From a virus (taxonomy: Duplodnaviria > Heunggongvirae > Uroviricota > Caudoviricetes), in the IMG/VR virus record IMGVR_UViG_3300044843_000700, positions 1-64,000 of that record: 64,000 nt of DNA; one strand, given 5' to 3'. This document shows, one piece after another, positions 34,885 through 44,498 of the stretch. The position numbers and the translations under genes are program-made. The notes under the pieces are model-generated. The model had not been told where the DNA came from and did not search any database. It worked only from the letters and a program-made list of their open reading frames with translations. Each line of letters starts with the position of its first letter. Position 1 is the first letter of the stretch.

Positions 34885-34914
34885 GGGATCGGATCATCCG
34901 GTCCCTTTTTTTTT
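34885..34914 (+). terminator. rho-independent terminator
   Basis: gggatcgg-atcat-ccggtccc followed by nine T. Confidence 0.6.
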
Positions 34915-34991
34915 CTCCTGTCGGTAAGTAAATGGTGCAAGTTTAAACTTTTATGCGTACATTCGCGTTAGTTTAACCAACATAATCAGTC

Positions 34992-35288
34992 ATGTCAGAA
35001 ACCAACCAACAAGACAGAGAACCTACGGAAGCTGAGTTGAAGGCTTACCGGGAGAAAATGATTCAGTACTACAAAGAGCAGATTCCTTTGCTCAAGTCTC
35101 AGAAAGAATATGAGACTCTCCTTGCTGATATCGAAGAAGCACGAGCTAAGCGTGTCACCATGACAATGCGTATTGCTCAAATCATGGCCGGTCCGCCTCA
35201 ACCTAAGGAAGAGGAAAGACCTAATCCGCCAGACCCAGCTTCGGAAGAAGAACGTCCTACTCGTCAACTTAGAAAGGAGGAAGCATGA
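34992..35288 (+). CDS. coiled-coil / Pro-rich small protein
   Basis: 98 aa; EAELKAYREKMIQYYKEQ then PPQPKEEERPNPPDPASEEERP. Confidence 0.4.
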   Translation: MSETNQQDREPTEAELKAYREKMIQYYKEQIPLLKSQKEYETLLADIEEARAKRVTMTMRIAQIMAGPPQPKEEERPNPPDPASEEERPTRQLRKEEA

Positions 35289-35887
35289 AAAAGGAAGATT
35301 TCACCTATGCTAAAGTAAAAGCCTCTGTAGAGAAAGCGGGCTTTAAGTTCTTCACCGGGAACATGAACGTTAACATGATCGGTGTACGTTCTAAGAATCG
35401 CAAAGTTGACAACTGGGATGACTTCTTTATTCTATGTTGGCAAGAGAACGGTAAGAACATGATCTGGGTAAATGATCAGTTTACTACGGATCCTGGTATT
35501 TACTACATGCAGCAGAAGCTTCTTAATCCAGCCGGTTGTGGTATTCTTGCCCGCGGACAATATCGTGGAGTATGGAAGATCGGAAAGCACGGTGCAGCCC
35601 AATACGAAGCCTTCGTTCAAACTGGTAACAAAGTCAAGCTTTACCGCGACCGCAACAAGGACAACATAATGGACTTTGATCCTAAGTCTATCATGGAAGG
35701 TTTCTTTGGAGTGAACCAGCACCATGGATACGATTCTGTGAATGTGAAGAACAATAGTGCTGCGTGTCAAGTACACCGATACAAAAAGGATCTGGCTTAT
35801 GTCCTATCCATAGCCAAAAAGAATACAGCAGCAGGAAATGGTGACAGCTTCACCTACACTCTGCTTGAAGAAGGAGTAGATTTTTAA
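35285..35887 (+). CDS. hypothetical protein (possible cell-wall hydrolase; unresolved)
   Basis: 200 aa; conserved-looking Cys (PAGCGILARGQY) and His (VNQHHGYD); no family assigned. Confidence 0.4.
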   Translation: MKKEDFTYAKVKASVEKAGFKFFTGNMNVNMIGVRSKNRKVDNWDDFFILCWQENGKNMIWVNDQFTTDPGIYYMQQKLLNPAGCGILARGQYRGVWKIGKHGAAQYEAFVQTGNKVKLYRDRNKDNIMDFDPKSIMEGFFGVNQHHGYDSVNVKNNSAACQVHRYKKDLAYVLSIAKKNTAAGNGDSFTYTLLEEGVDF

Positions 35888-35898
35888 ACCAACAAACC

Positions 35899-36270
35899 AT
35901 GGCAAAGGTTAACCTCGTAGAAAAGCGGGCTAGGCTTTCTCTATGGGACATAGTTAAGTTCCAGCTGATCACTCATTGCTACCTAACAAAGGCGGCATTG
36001 AGCGAATCACAGCTGGACTGTTTGACACTACTCGCTGTAAAAGGTGAGTATGACCTGACAGAGTTCTGTACTTTGGCTAGTACTGAAGGTATCTTCAAGA
36101 CTACTCAGACTGTACGAAACTGTCTGGTGAAAATGGAGAATGAAGGGTTCATCGTCAAGGAAGGGAAGAACAAGAAGAGAATAATGGTTCATCCTGATTT
36201 GAAGATTCAAGCTACTGGAAACGTACTTTTAGACTGTAAGTTTGTGCATGTTGAACCCCAAGAAGCCTAA
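35899..36270 (+). CDS. hypothetical protein
   Basis: 123-aa ORF. Confidence 0.4.
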   Translation: MAKVNLVEKRARLSLWDIVKFQLITHCYLTKAALSESQLDCLTLLAVKGEYDLTEFCTLASTEGIFKTTQTVRNCLVKMENEGFIVKEGKNKKRIMVHPDLKIQATGNVLLDCKFVHVEPQEA

Positions 36271-36661
36271 AGAGTGTGTCAAGCAAACGGCAGAAGCCTT
36301 AGGTGCAGATGAGAATCTTGTACAAGATATCGTCGACTTCTATTGGAAAGAAGTTCGTAAAGCTCTAAGTGATCTGCGTGGCCCAAGAGTAGAAGTAGCA
36401 AACTTTGGGACTTTCCGGATAAAAAGCTGGAAGCTCCAAGAAGCAAAAGATGATTATCAGAAAGTGCTTACTAAGCATAATCCTGAAAAGATGACATTTC
36501 AAAGACATGCTGTGAGAGCAGAGGTCGAACAACGAATGGAGCAAATATCAAAGATGCAAAAAATGGTTGAAGATGATCGATGTCGCAAGCAGCAGATAAA
36601 AGAAAAACGCAATGCTGAAGAATCTAGGAGAAATACTCAAACACCGGAAGCAGATTCTTGA
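36248..36661 (+). CDS. hypothetical charged protein
   Basis: Track ORF starts at TTG 36242; first ATG 36248; Lys/Glu-rich C-terminus. Confidence 0.4.
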   Translation: MLNPKKPKECVKQTAEALGADENLVQDIVDFYWKEVRKALSDLRGPRVEVANFGTFRIKSWKLQEAKDDYQKVLTKHNPEKMTFQRHAVRAEVEQRMEQISKMQKMVEDDRCRKQQIKEKRNAEESRRNTQTPEADS

Positions 36662-36947
36662 GGGAGTGAGCAACTCTATGTTCAAGAAAGATCATGTGGA
36701 AAAGATCGCCAAGGAGCGACTTGAAATATGTTCCAAGTGCCCTCTTATCGACAATGAGGGAAGCAAATGTATGGTGCCAGGAACACAACCTTGTTGTTCC
36801 GCCTGCGGATGCAAACTCGCGTTTAAAACGCGATCTCTATCTTCAGAATGTGCTCATCCAGATGGACCTAAGTGGCCAGCTATTTTGGAGCAAGATGAAG
36901 AAGATAAACTGTACAAGGAGATAGATTACAAACCTGATGGAGAATGA
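36612..36947 (+). CDS. cysteine-rich zinc-binding protein
   Basis: CSKCPLIDNEGSKCMVPGTQPCCSACGCKLAF; 8 Cys in 35 residues. Confidence 0.35.
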   Translation: MLKNLGEILKHRKQILEGVSNSMFKKDHVEKIAKERLEICSKCPLIDNEGSKCMVPGTQPCCSACGCKLAFKTRSLSSECAHPDGPKWPAILEQDEEDKLYKEIDYKPDGE

Positions 36948-37186
36948 ATGGATGGTCTACATACATGTTAGCTACTCACGGTGTTTTTGTAAAAGATCCA
37001 ACCAGGACAATCTCCATAGTGATGCCTGAGCCATCTAGAGCTGATATCACCTTAGAAGCTCTCGAAAAGCTTGTTAGTAAAAATCGTATAACAAGTATAG
37101 AACATCAAGATCTGTTGAAGATGATAAAGTCTCCTGATGAAGAAAACTTGACCATAGCAGAAATTATAATAGAGACCAAGATATGA
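36944..37186 (+). CDS. hypothetical protein
   Basis: 80-aa ORF with 4-nt overlaps. Confidence 0.35.
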   Translation: MNGWSTYMLATHGVFVKDPTRTISIVMPEPSRADITLEALEKLVSKNRITSIEHQDLLKMIKSPDEENLTIAEIIIETKI

Positions 37187-37401
37187 GCTTTCAGAAATGT
37201 CCAGTATGCAATGGAACAGGCCTAGATCCTAGTCCAGGTACTTTTAATACCTTACCTGTATGTCCTACTTGCAGAGGCGCCAGGATAATCAATGAGCTGA
37301 GCGGTTTACCGCCAGCTTGTTACATGTCAACTCAAAAACCAACTCAAGATGTCAGTAATATTTCAAGCGAAGGATCACAGCTACAAGAGCATAAATCCTG
37401 A
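37183..37401 (+). CDS. zinc-ribbon protein (CxxCxGxG-type)
   Basis: CPVCNGTG ... CPTCRG DnaJ-like zinc finger repeats. Confidence 0.35.
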   Translation: MSFQKCPVCNGTGLDPSPGTFNTLPVCPTCRGARIINELSGLPPACYMSTQKPTQDVSNISSEGSQLQEHKS

Positions 37402-38182
37402 AGAAAACATAGACTGGATGAGTGTTACCTCATTCGTAAGTCTCTTTAAACCTAAGTTTGATGCAGCAGCTCAAGCTGTAAAATCAGCTCGTAATCCTAA
37501 ATCTAAGTGGTATAAACTACCTGTTGAAGAGATTGTAGCTGCTTGGGAGTCGGAAGGAAAACGAGCAACCGACTTAGGTACATGGTATCATGATCAACGT
37601 GAAAAAGACATAAGCTCTCATCTTACCATTCAGAGAGCCGGTGTAGAAATCCCTATCATAAAACCCATCTATAATGGAGAACTCAAGATGGCTCCAGAAC
37701 AGAGACTGGTAGAGGGTATTTATCCAGAGCATTTTGTTTACCTGAAATCTGCAGGTATATGTGGTCAATCCGACCGGGTAGAAGTTGTCAAGTCTACGGT
37801 AGACATTATCGATTACAAGACTAACAAGGAGATAAAACTGAAGAGCTTCAAGAACTTTGAGGGAATATCTCAAAAGATGTTAGGTCCTTGTGCTCACTTG
37901 GATGACTGCAACTATTACCACTATGCCTTACAGCTTAGTGTATACATGTACATTATCATAAAGCATAATCCTCAACTTAAGCCCGGGAAACTTACACTGC
38001 ACCACGTTATATTCGAGGAAGAAGGTCTAGACAAATATGGTTATCCTATCGCCAAGAAAGACAATCAGGGTAACCCCATTGTAAAGGAGATCTTCCCGTA
38101 CGATGTACCTTATCTTAAATCAGAGGTGATAGCTATGATCAATTGGCTACACGAGAATCGTCCAACACTCAAAACTAAATAA
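37349..38182 (+). CDS. PD-(D/E)XK nuclease (RecB/Cas4-like exonuclease fold)
   Basis: GQSDRVEVV ... DIIDYKTNK (D...E/D-x-K) and downstream QLSVYMY (QxxxY) motif characteristic of RecB-family nucleases. Confidence 0.5.
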   Translation: MSVIFQAKDHSYKSINPEENIDWMSVTSFVSLFKPKFDAAAQAVKSARNPKSKWYKLPVEEIVAAWESEGKRATDLGTWYHDQREKDISSHLTIQRAGVEIPIIKPIYNGELKMAPEQRLVEGIYPEHFVYLKSAGICGQSDRVEVVKSTVDIIDYKTNKEIKLKSFKNFEGISQKMLGPCAHLDDCNYYHYALQLSVYMYIIIKHNPQLKPGKLTLHHVIFEEEGLDKYGYPIAKKDNQGNPIVKEIFPYDVPYLKSEVIAMINWLHENRPTLKTK

Positions 38183-38184
38183 CC

Positions 38185-38466
38185 ATGGTAAAGAACAAGT
38201 ACAATGTTCCGCTAAAGATGTGGAGAAAGTTCAAGGAGCACAAAGCTCTTTACAACGACATAATGGATCAGATGATTCCCAACCAGAGTCTGACCACTCA
38301 TCCCAAGACGCCTAAGATTCCGGATGGTCAGTGGACTACTATCTGTCACAACGCTGCAGTTTATGCTATCTGGGCTCTACAGAAACAACCTCTCAAAAAA
38401 GGAGACACTGTTGAGCACTTGAACATGAAAACAGGTAAGACTATAAAACTGAGCAAAGCAAAATGA
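38185..38466 (+). CDS. hypothetical protein
   Basis: 93-aa ORF. Confidence 0.4.
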   Translation: MVKNKYNVPLKMWRKFKEHKALYNDIMDQMIPNQSLTTHPKTPKIPDGQWTTICHNAAVYAIWALQKQPLKKGDTVEHLNMKTGKTIKLSKAK

Positions 38467-38897
38467 GCAACGACGATTATCAACAACAACAGTTCTTCAA
38501 GATGGATAAAACACACGCGCTAAACTTTCTCATCAAGGAGCTTGCGGATGATAAGCTCATAAAGACGAATGATATCAGAGATGGATATCACTCTTTTGGT
38601 GAACTGTATGATCACCGGATTACTCTCTATGTTGCTTTGTGTAAAATGCTTTGCGATGTAGGAGAAGCATCTCGTGTATGGAAATCTCAGTGGCACTCGG
38701 ATGGCACAAGATTCCCGGATTGGTTTATCTTAGGTATCGATGAGGAGCCTGGTAAACAGATCACGTATCATCTTCCTATGAGCTATTGGGATAAGACCAG
38801 CTTTGTAAAGGCTAGAGATCTTGCTCCGTCGTGGGACGGTCATACATCTGAAGAGGTTCTTCAAAGGATTAACGCTTTAGTAGCTCTAAAATCATGA
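38463..38897 (+). CDS. hypothetical protein
   Basis: 144-aa ORF. Confidence 0.4.
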   Translation: MSNDDYQQQQFFKMDKTHALNFLIKELADDKLIKTNDIRDGYHSFGELYDHRITLYVALCKMLCDVGEASRVWKSQWHSDGTRFPDWFILGIDEEPGKQITYHLPMSYWDKTSFVKARDLAPSWDGHTSEEVLQRINALVALKS

Positions 38898-39406
38898 TAA
38901 GATTATTTGACGTGCAGGATGATAAGCTTGTTCCAACGGAACACTGTTATGCCTTGAGCTTTCTCAAGAACATAATGGATGCTTATCCGGATACTTACAT
39001 AGAGGTCTACAAGTATTTGTTCTACATGACATGTCCTAATCCGGATGCCAATCCTTTCTTCAATGTTCCTGACGAAGACAAGGAAGATATCATATTGCAA
39101 GAGATAAAGGCTGACTTCTCTACAGAAGATGACTTGATCGTTATTGCTAAGGAGAGATGTCGACAGTTGTATGAGACACCTACTGTTAGAGCTTATAACG
39201 GTATGGCCAAGATGATGGATCGATTAGCTCGATACATGGAAACTACTCCTATTACTCACGGTCGAGATGGTAACATCAACTCATTGGTCGCCGCCGCCAA
39301 AAATTTCGAGGGTATCAGACTCTCGTTTAAAGGGGTGTACAAAGACCTACAAGAAGAACAAAAGACTCACACAAGAGGTGGTGCCGGTTTAGCATATGAT
39401 CAATAA
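38894..39406 (+). CDS. hypothetical protein (terminase small subunit candidate by position)
   Basis: 170-aa ORF overlapping the start of the large-terminase gene; position-only inference. Confidence 0.3.
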   Translation: MIRLFDVQDDKLVPTEHCYALSFLKNIMDAYPDTYIEVYKYLFYMTCPNPDANPFFNVPDEDKEDIILQEIKADFSTEDDLIVIAKERCRQLYETPTVRAYNGMAKMMDRLARYMETTPITHGRDGNINSLVAAAKNFEGIRLSFKGVYKDLQEEQKTHTRGGAGLAYDQ

Positions 39407-41603
39407 TTCTTACATAGAGGTTCCTACTTGGAAAGATGGTGAGTGGGTAGAACCTACTCTCTTTGAAACCCGCGAGGAGTTTAGACTCTTTGTGCGATCC
39501 TGCTTTAAAGAGCCAGGTCAATATGGATTTGACGAGACGAGTTTCCTCTTCAATGAAGAGGGTCGTCGGTATAATCGACAAGGCTTCTATTGCGCAGCAC
39601 CCTTCCGTAGTAAAGATTTCGTCAAGTACTGGGACGATCAAAAGACTAAATGTAGAAAAGGTGTGATATTTCGTAACGGAGACAAGGTTTGGTATCTCAC
39701 TAGAGATTACTACATGTGGATCAACTTTCTCCCGATCAACAACAAGGAGACTAGAAGATTCGACTTTCCGGATGTACGTGATGCACAGTATCACATGGCC
39801 TTGTATGAAATTCTTGCCGAGCTGAACTATCTCCACTGTGCTATCTTAAAGAAACGTCAGATTGCCTCTTCATACTTTCACTGTGCTAAACTCATAAATC
39901 AAATCTGGTTCGAGGAGACACCTATTCTTAAGATGGGCGCGTCTTTAAAAGACTATGTGAACGAGAAAGGCTCTTGGAAGTTCTTGAATGAGTACTCGTC
40001 ATTCTTAAATGAACACACCGCCTGGTACAGACCTATGAATCCAGGTAAGGTTGGTATGTGGCAGCAACAGATTGAAGAAACAGACACTCGAGGTAGGAAA
40101 TACATGAAGGGTTTGAAAGGTGTGCTTTCAATGGTAACCTTTGAGAAAGATGCCACATCTGGTGTTGGTGGTCCATGTACTTACTTCTTCCACGAGGAAG
40201 CTGGTATCGCACCTAAGATGGATACCACAGTAGAGTTCCTTTTCCCTGCGCTTCAATCTGGACACATTACTACTGGAACTTTCATTGCTGCAGGATCTGT
40301 GGGTGACCTTGATCAATGTCAACCTTTGAAAGAGATGGTTCTTAAACCGGGAGCGAATAGTATATATGCCGTGGAGTCAAATCTCCTGGATCATGAAGGG
40401 ACTGTAGGGCTCACCGGATTGTTTATTCCAGAGCAATGGTCTATGCCTCCATATATAGATCAGTATGGTAACTCTCTTGTTGAAGAAGCTGTAAAGGCCA
40501 TCGATCTAGAACGTGAAAAGTGGAAGAGAGATCTCTCACCAGAAAAGTACCAGCTTCGTATCTCCCAGCATCCAAAGAATATTGCTGAAGCATTTGCCTA
40601 CAGAAAAGTATCCAAGTTCCCACTTAACCTGGTTGGTGCTCAAAAAAGACGTATCCTCGACAAGGAATACCCTATTGAGTTTTTAGATCTACAGCGAGAT
40701 GAGCACGGTAAGATCCAAGCCAAAATAAGCAATAAGCTGCCGATCATAGAATTCCCTATTACGAAAGACATTGAGGATAAAACAGGTGTAATCGTAGTTT
40801 ACGAAAGACCTGATCCTACTGCTCCATGGGGAACGTATTATGCTTCTGTCGATCCGGTTTCAGAAGGTAAGACCACTACGTCAGAATCTCTTTGCTCGAT
40901 ATACGTGTACAAGAATCCGATCGAAGTTACCCGGATAAACGGTGATCAGACAGAAACGTTTGTTGAACATGATGGAATCGTTGCTTCTTGGTGTGGCCGA
41001 TTTGATGATATCAATAAGACTCATGAGCGCCTCGAGATGCTTATCGAGTGGTATAATGCCTGGACTATTGTCGAGAACAACGTCAGTCATTTCATCCGAC
41101 ACATGATTTCAAGACGTCTTCAGCGATACCTTGTACCAAAAAGCCAGATCGCCTTTTTGAAAGACCTTGGTGCCAATACCAACGTGTTTCAAGATTACGG
41201 CTGGAAGAACACCGGGACTCTCTTCAAGAATCATATGCTCAGCTATTTGATTGAGTACTTAAAGGAAGAGATCGATGTGGAAACCAAGGAAGATGGGACT
41301 ATCGTCAAAAGAAAGTATGGTATCGAAAGAATACCGGATATCATGGCCATGGTTGAGATGGAGCATTACGATGACGACGTCAACGTTGACCGTTTGGTAT
41401 CTTTGGCAGCCCTAATCGCTTTTGCTAAAGTGCAACAAGCAAACCGGGGTTACCGTAAACGCGTGGATAACGTGAGCAAGAAACCCTTGGAAAAGTCCCA
41501 GAATTTGTTTAAATTACCTAGTAGCCCTTTCCGGCATATCGGAGGGAGCTCGGCGAGTTCAGGAAAGAGACCACCTAGGAACCCGTTTAAAAACATCAGA
41601 TAA
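39396..41603 (+). CDS. terminase large subunit
   Basis: C-terminal RNaseH-like nuclease start YYASVDPVSEGKTTTSESLCSIYVY; N-terminal ATPase with deviant P-loop region KKRQIASSY and Walker-B-like YFFHEEAG; located directly upstream of portal candidate. Confidence 0.5.
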   Translation: MINNSYIEVPTWKDGEWVEPTLFETREEFRLFVRSCFKEPGQYGFDETSFLFNEEGRRYNRQGFYCAAPFRSKDFVKYWDDQKTKCRKGVIFRNGDKVWYLTRDYYMWINFLPINNKETRRFDFPDVRDAQYHMALYEILAELNYLHCAILKKRQIASSYFHCAKLINQIWFEETPILKMGASLKDYVNEKGSWKFLNEYSSFLNEHTAWYRPMNPGKVGMWQQQIEETDTRGRKYMKGLKGVLSMVTFEKDATSGVGGPCTYFFHEEAGIAPKMDTTVEFLFPALQSGHITTGTFIAAGSVGDLDQCQPLKEMVLKPGANSIYAVESNLLDHEGTVGLTGLFIPEQWSMPPYIDQYGNSLVEEAVKAIDLEREKWKRDLSPEKYQLRISQHPKNIAEAFAYRKVSKFPLNLVGAQKRRILDKEYPIEFLDLQRDEHGKIQAKISNKLPIIEFPITKDIEDKTGVIVVYERPDPTAPWGTYYASVDPVSEGKTTTSESLCSIYVYKNPIEVTRINGDQTETFVEHDGIVASWCGRFDDINKTHERLEMLIEWYNAWTIVENNVSHFIRHMISRRLQRYLVPKSQIAFLKDLGANTNVFQDYGWKNTGTLFKNHMLSYLIEYLKEEIDVETKEDGTIVKRKYGIERIPDIMAMVEMEHYDDDVNVDRLVSLAALIAFAKVQQANRGYRKRVDNVSKKPLEKSQNLFKLPSSPFRHIGGSSASSGKRPPRNPFKNIR

Positions 41604-41608
41604 GAGCC

Positions 41609-44380
41609 ATGAAAGTATTAAATGCGATGCAGTTAAAGGCTGGAGCCAAGGCGGAATACAACCGCATGGGCTCTATTACTCAGCCTATTCAGTTTCTTCC
41701 GAGAAAAGAGAAGGATGATGAGTGGACCGCCTGGAACATGGACTGGCTGGAATGGCAAGGTCTTAAGCAAATCCGTCGAAACGCTCGCCGGTTAATGAAG
41801 AACTACAAGCTGGCCAAAGGTATCATCGATAAGACAGACTACATTGTTGAGCAGGATAACGAGATGCGAGAGATCGTAGATACTCTTATCGAAGAAGATT
41901 TCAGTGCCTTAGAGCTTAAGTTCTACCCAATCATCCCCAATGTCATCAATGTCCTTACTGCGGAGTTTGCCAAGCGTAATTCACGAGTAACCTTCAGAGG
42001 TGTTGATGAATACACCTACAACGAAAAGATGGAACTGAAAAGACAGGCCATCGAAAACGTTCTTTTACAAGATGCTCAAAACAAGCTTATTACTAAGATG
42101 ATTGAGCAAGGAGCTGATCCTAATGATCCGGAGATTCAGCAGCATATGCAACAGCAAATGGCTCCTGAAAATCTGAAGTCGCTCCCAGAGATCCAGAGCT
42201 TTTTTGATAAAAGCTATCGTAGTCTTTGCGAGCAATGGGCTGCCCATCAACACAAGATTGATGAAGAGCGCTTTAAAATGGACGAGCTTGAAGAACGCGG
42301 TTTTCGCGATAGCTTAATCACCGATCGTGAGTTCTGGCATTTCAGAATGGGCGAAGATGATTATGAGGTCGAGTTATGGAATCCGGTTCTAACCTTTTAT
42401 CACAAGTCTCCTGACATCCGCTATATCTCCCAAGGAAACTGGGTAGGTAAGATTGAGATGATGACTGTGGCTGATGTAATCGACAAGTATGGTTACTTGA
42501 TGACACAAGAACAGCTTGAGTCTCTTGAAGCTATTTATCCGGTAAGATCTGCAGGATATCCTCTACAAGGATACCAGAATGACGGATCCTACTACGATGC
42601 TACCAAGACACATGAATGGAATACCAACATGCCTGGTCTTGCTTATCGTCAGTTTGTTTCCATGTATGACAACTTCGTGTATAACGGAGGGGATATCATC
42701 AACTGGATTCTCGGAGAGTCGGAAGACTATTTCGACATGGGTATGGCTTTCATGTTACGCGTTACTACCGCTTATTGGAAGTCTCAGCGTAAGGTTGGTC
42801 ACCTAACTAAGATTACAGAAAACGGAGAAACTATCACAGATATTGTTGATGAGAGTTATCGTATTACGGATAAGCCTTTGTACAACAATACTCTGATCAA
42901 GAATAAGAATAAGGATACCCTTGTTTTCGGTGAGCATATCGATTGGATATGGATCAATCAAACATGGGGTGGAGTAAAAATTGGACCTAACCATCCAAGC
43001 TTCTGGGGTATGAATAACCCCGGAGGAGTTAATCCGATGTACCTCGGTATTAACCAGAACAAGATTGGTCCTCTCAAGTTCCAGTTTAAAGGAGACAACA
43101 CCCTTTACGGATGTAAACTGCCTGTTGAGGGATCTGTTTTTTCCGATCGTAATACTCGTTCTACGGCTCTTGTAGACCTGATGAAGCCTTATCAGATTGG
43201 GTACAACATAGTAAACAACCAGATTGCGGATATCCTGGTGGATGAGTTGGGGACCGTAATTCTGTTGGATCAGAACGCGCTACCCCGCCATTCACTGGGT
43301 GAAGATTGGGGTAAGAACAACCTGGCCAAGGCGTACGTAGCAATGAAGAATTTCCAGATGTTGCCTCTGGATACCTCGATCACTAATACAGAAAACGCTC
43401 TTAACTTCCAGCATTTCCAAACCCTTAACCTGGAACAGACACAGCGTATGATGTCAAGGATCCAGTTGGCAAATTACTTCAAGCAACAGGCCTTTGAAAC
43501 CATTGGTATAACACCACAGCGTTTGGGTCAACAGATCGGTCAAACTGAAACGGCTAAAGGTATAGAACAAGCCATTGCCGGTTCTTATGCTCAGACCGAA
43601 ATGTACTTCATTCAGCACAGTGATTATTTGATGCCTCGTGTTCATCAAATGAGAACTGACCTTGCTCAGTATTATCACTCGAAGAAACCTTCACTTCGTC
43701 TGCAGTACATGACCACTAAAGATGAGCAGGTAAACTTTGCCATCAATGGTACAGATCTTCTACTGCGAGATGTAAACGTTTATTGTACAACCAAAGCTAA
43801 TCATCGTGCTGTAATCGAGCAGATGAAGCAACTCGCTATTGGTAATAACACCTCAGGTGCTACCATTTATGACCTAGGAAATATTATCCAGTCTGATTCA
43901 TTATCTGAGCTTACTACTGTTCTTAAAGAGACAGAGCGCAAAGCTACTGCTCAACGTCAAGAACAAATGCAGCATGAAGAGAAGATGAAGCAAATGGAAG
44001 CTGAGCAGCGTAGTAAAGAGAAGCAGATGGAGCTTGATCATGATGCTCTGGAAGCTGAAAAAGACCGTCGTAAGGATATCCTTGTGGCCGAGATTCGAGC
44101 TGCTGGTTATGGTGCTATGCAAGACATCAATCAAAACATGCAGAGCGATTTCCGCGATACCATGGATGATATCCGGAAGCGAGATGAGTTCCAGCAAGTG
44201 ATGAACTTTGATCAAAGCAAGGAAACGATGAAACAGCAGCAACATCGTGAAAAGATGGATCTTGAAAGAGAAAAGCTTCAGGCACAGAAAGATATGAAGC
44301 AGATGGATGTAGATATTGCTCGCACCAATAAGAACAAATATGACGCAGGCAAGAAAGCAAGTGACAAGAAAAAGAGTTGA
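41609..44380 (+). CDS. portal protein candidate
   Basis: 923 aa immediately after TerL; long charged coiled-coil C-terminal tail (EEKMKQMEAEQRSKEKQMELDHDALEAEKDRRKD). Confidence 0.45.
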   Translation: MKVLNAMQLKAGAKAEYNRMGSITQPIQFLPRKEKDDEWTAWNMDWLEWQGLKQIRRNARRLMKNYKLAKGIIDKTDYIVEQDNEMREIVDTLIEEDFSALELKFYPIIPNVINVLTAEFAKRNSRVTFRGVDEYTYNEKMELKRQAIENVLLQDAQNKLITKMIEQGADPNDPEIQQHMQQQMAPENLKSLPEIQSFFDKSYRSLCEQWAAHQHKIDEERFKMDELEERGFRDSLITDREFWHFRMGEDDYEVELWNPVLTFYHKSPDIRYISQGNWVGKIEMMTVADVIDKYGYLMTQEQLESLEAIYPVRSAGYPLQGYQNDGSYYDATKTHEWNTNMPGLAYRQFVSMYDNFVYNGGDIINWILGESEDYFDMGMAFMLRVTTAYWKSQRKVGHLTKITENGETITDIVDESYRITDKPLYNNTLIKNKNKDTLVFGEHIDWIWINQTWGGVKIGPNHPSFWGMNNPGGVNPMYLGINQNKIGPLKFQFKGDNTLYGCKLPVEGSVFSDRNTRSTALVDLMKPYQIGYNIVNNQIADILVDELGTVILLDQNALPRHSLGEDWGKNNLAKAYVAMKNFQMLPLDTSITNTENALNFQHFQTLNLEQTQRMMSRIQLANYFKQQAFETIGITPQRLGQQIGQTETAKGIEQAIAGSYAQTEMYFIQHSDYLMPRVHQMRTDLAQYYHSKKPSLRLQYMTTKDEQVNFAINGTDLLLRDVNVYCTTKANHRAVIEQMKQLAIGNNTSGATIYDLGNIIQSDSLSELTTVLKETERKATAQRQEQMQHEEKMKQMEAEQRSKEKQMELDHDALEAEKDRRKDILVAEIRAAGYGAMQDINQNMQSDFRDTMDDIRKRDEFQQVMNFDQSKETMKQQQHREKMDLEREKLQAQKDMKQMDVDIARTNKNKYDAGKKASDKKKS

Positions 44381-44498
44381 TAGTCATATAGTGCGCCAAA
44401 TCTTGCGTCTAAAGCTTTAAGGTGTAAACGTATAGAGTTTAAAAACGTATTTTTGCGTATATTATAATGTCAGTCAGACAATAACCAACCAACAGATT

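Noticed and set aside
39396-41603. Canonical Walker A GxxxxGK[ST] in the terminase candidate
   Set aside because: Not found; only a deviant KKRQIASSY segment at the expected position, so the TerL call rests on the nuclease-domain motif and gene order and is kept at moderate confidence
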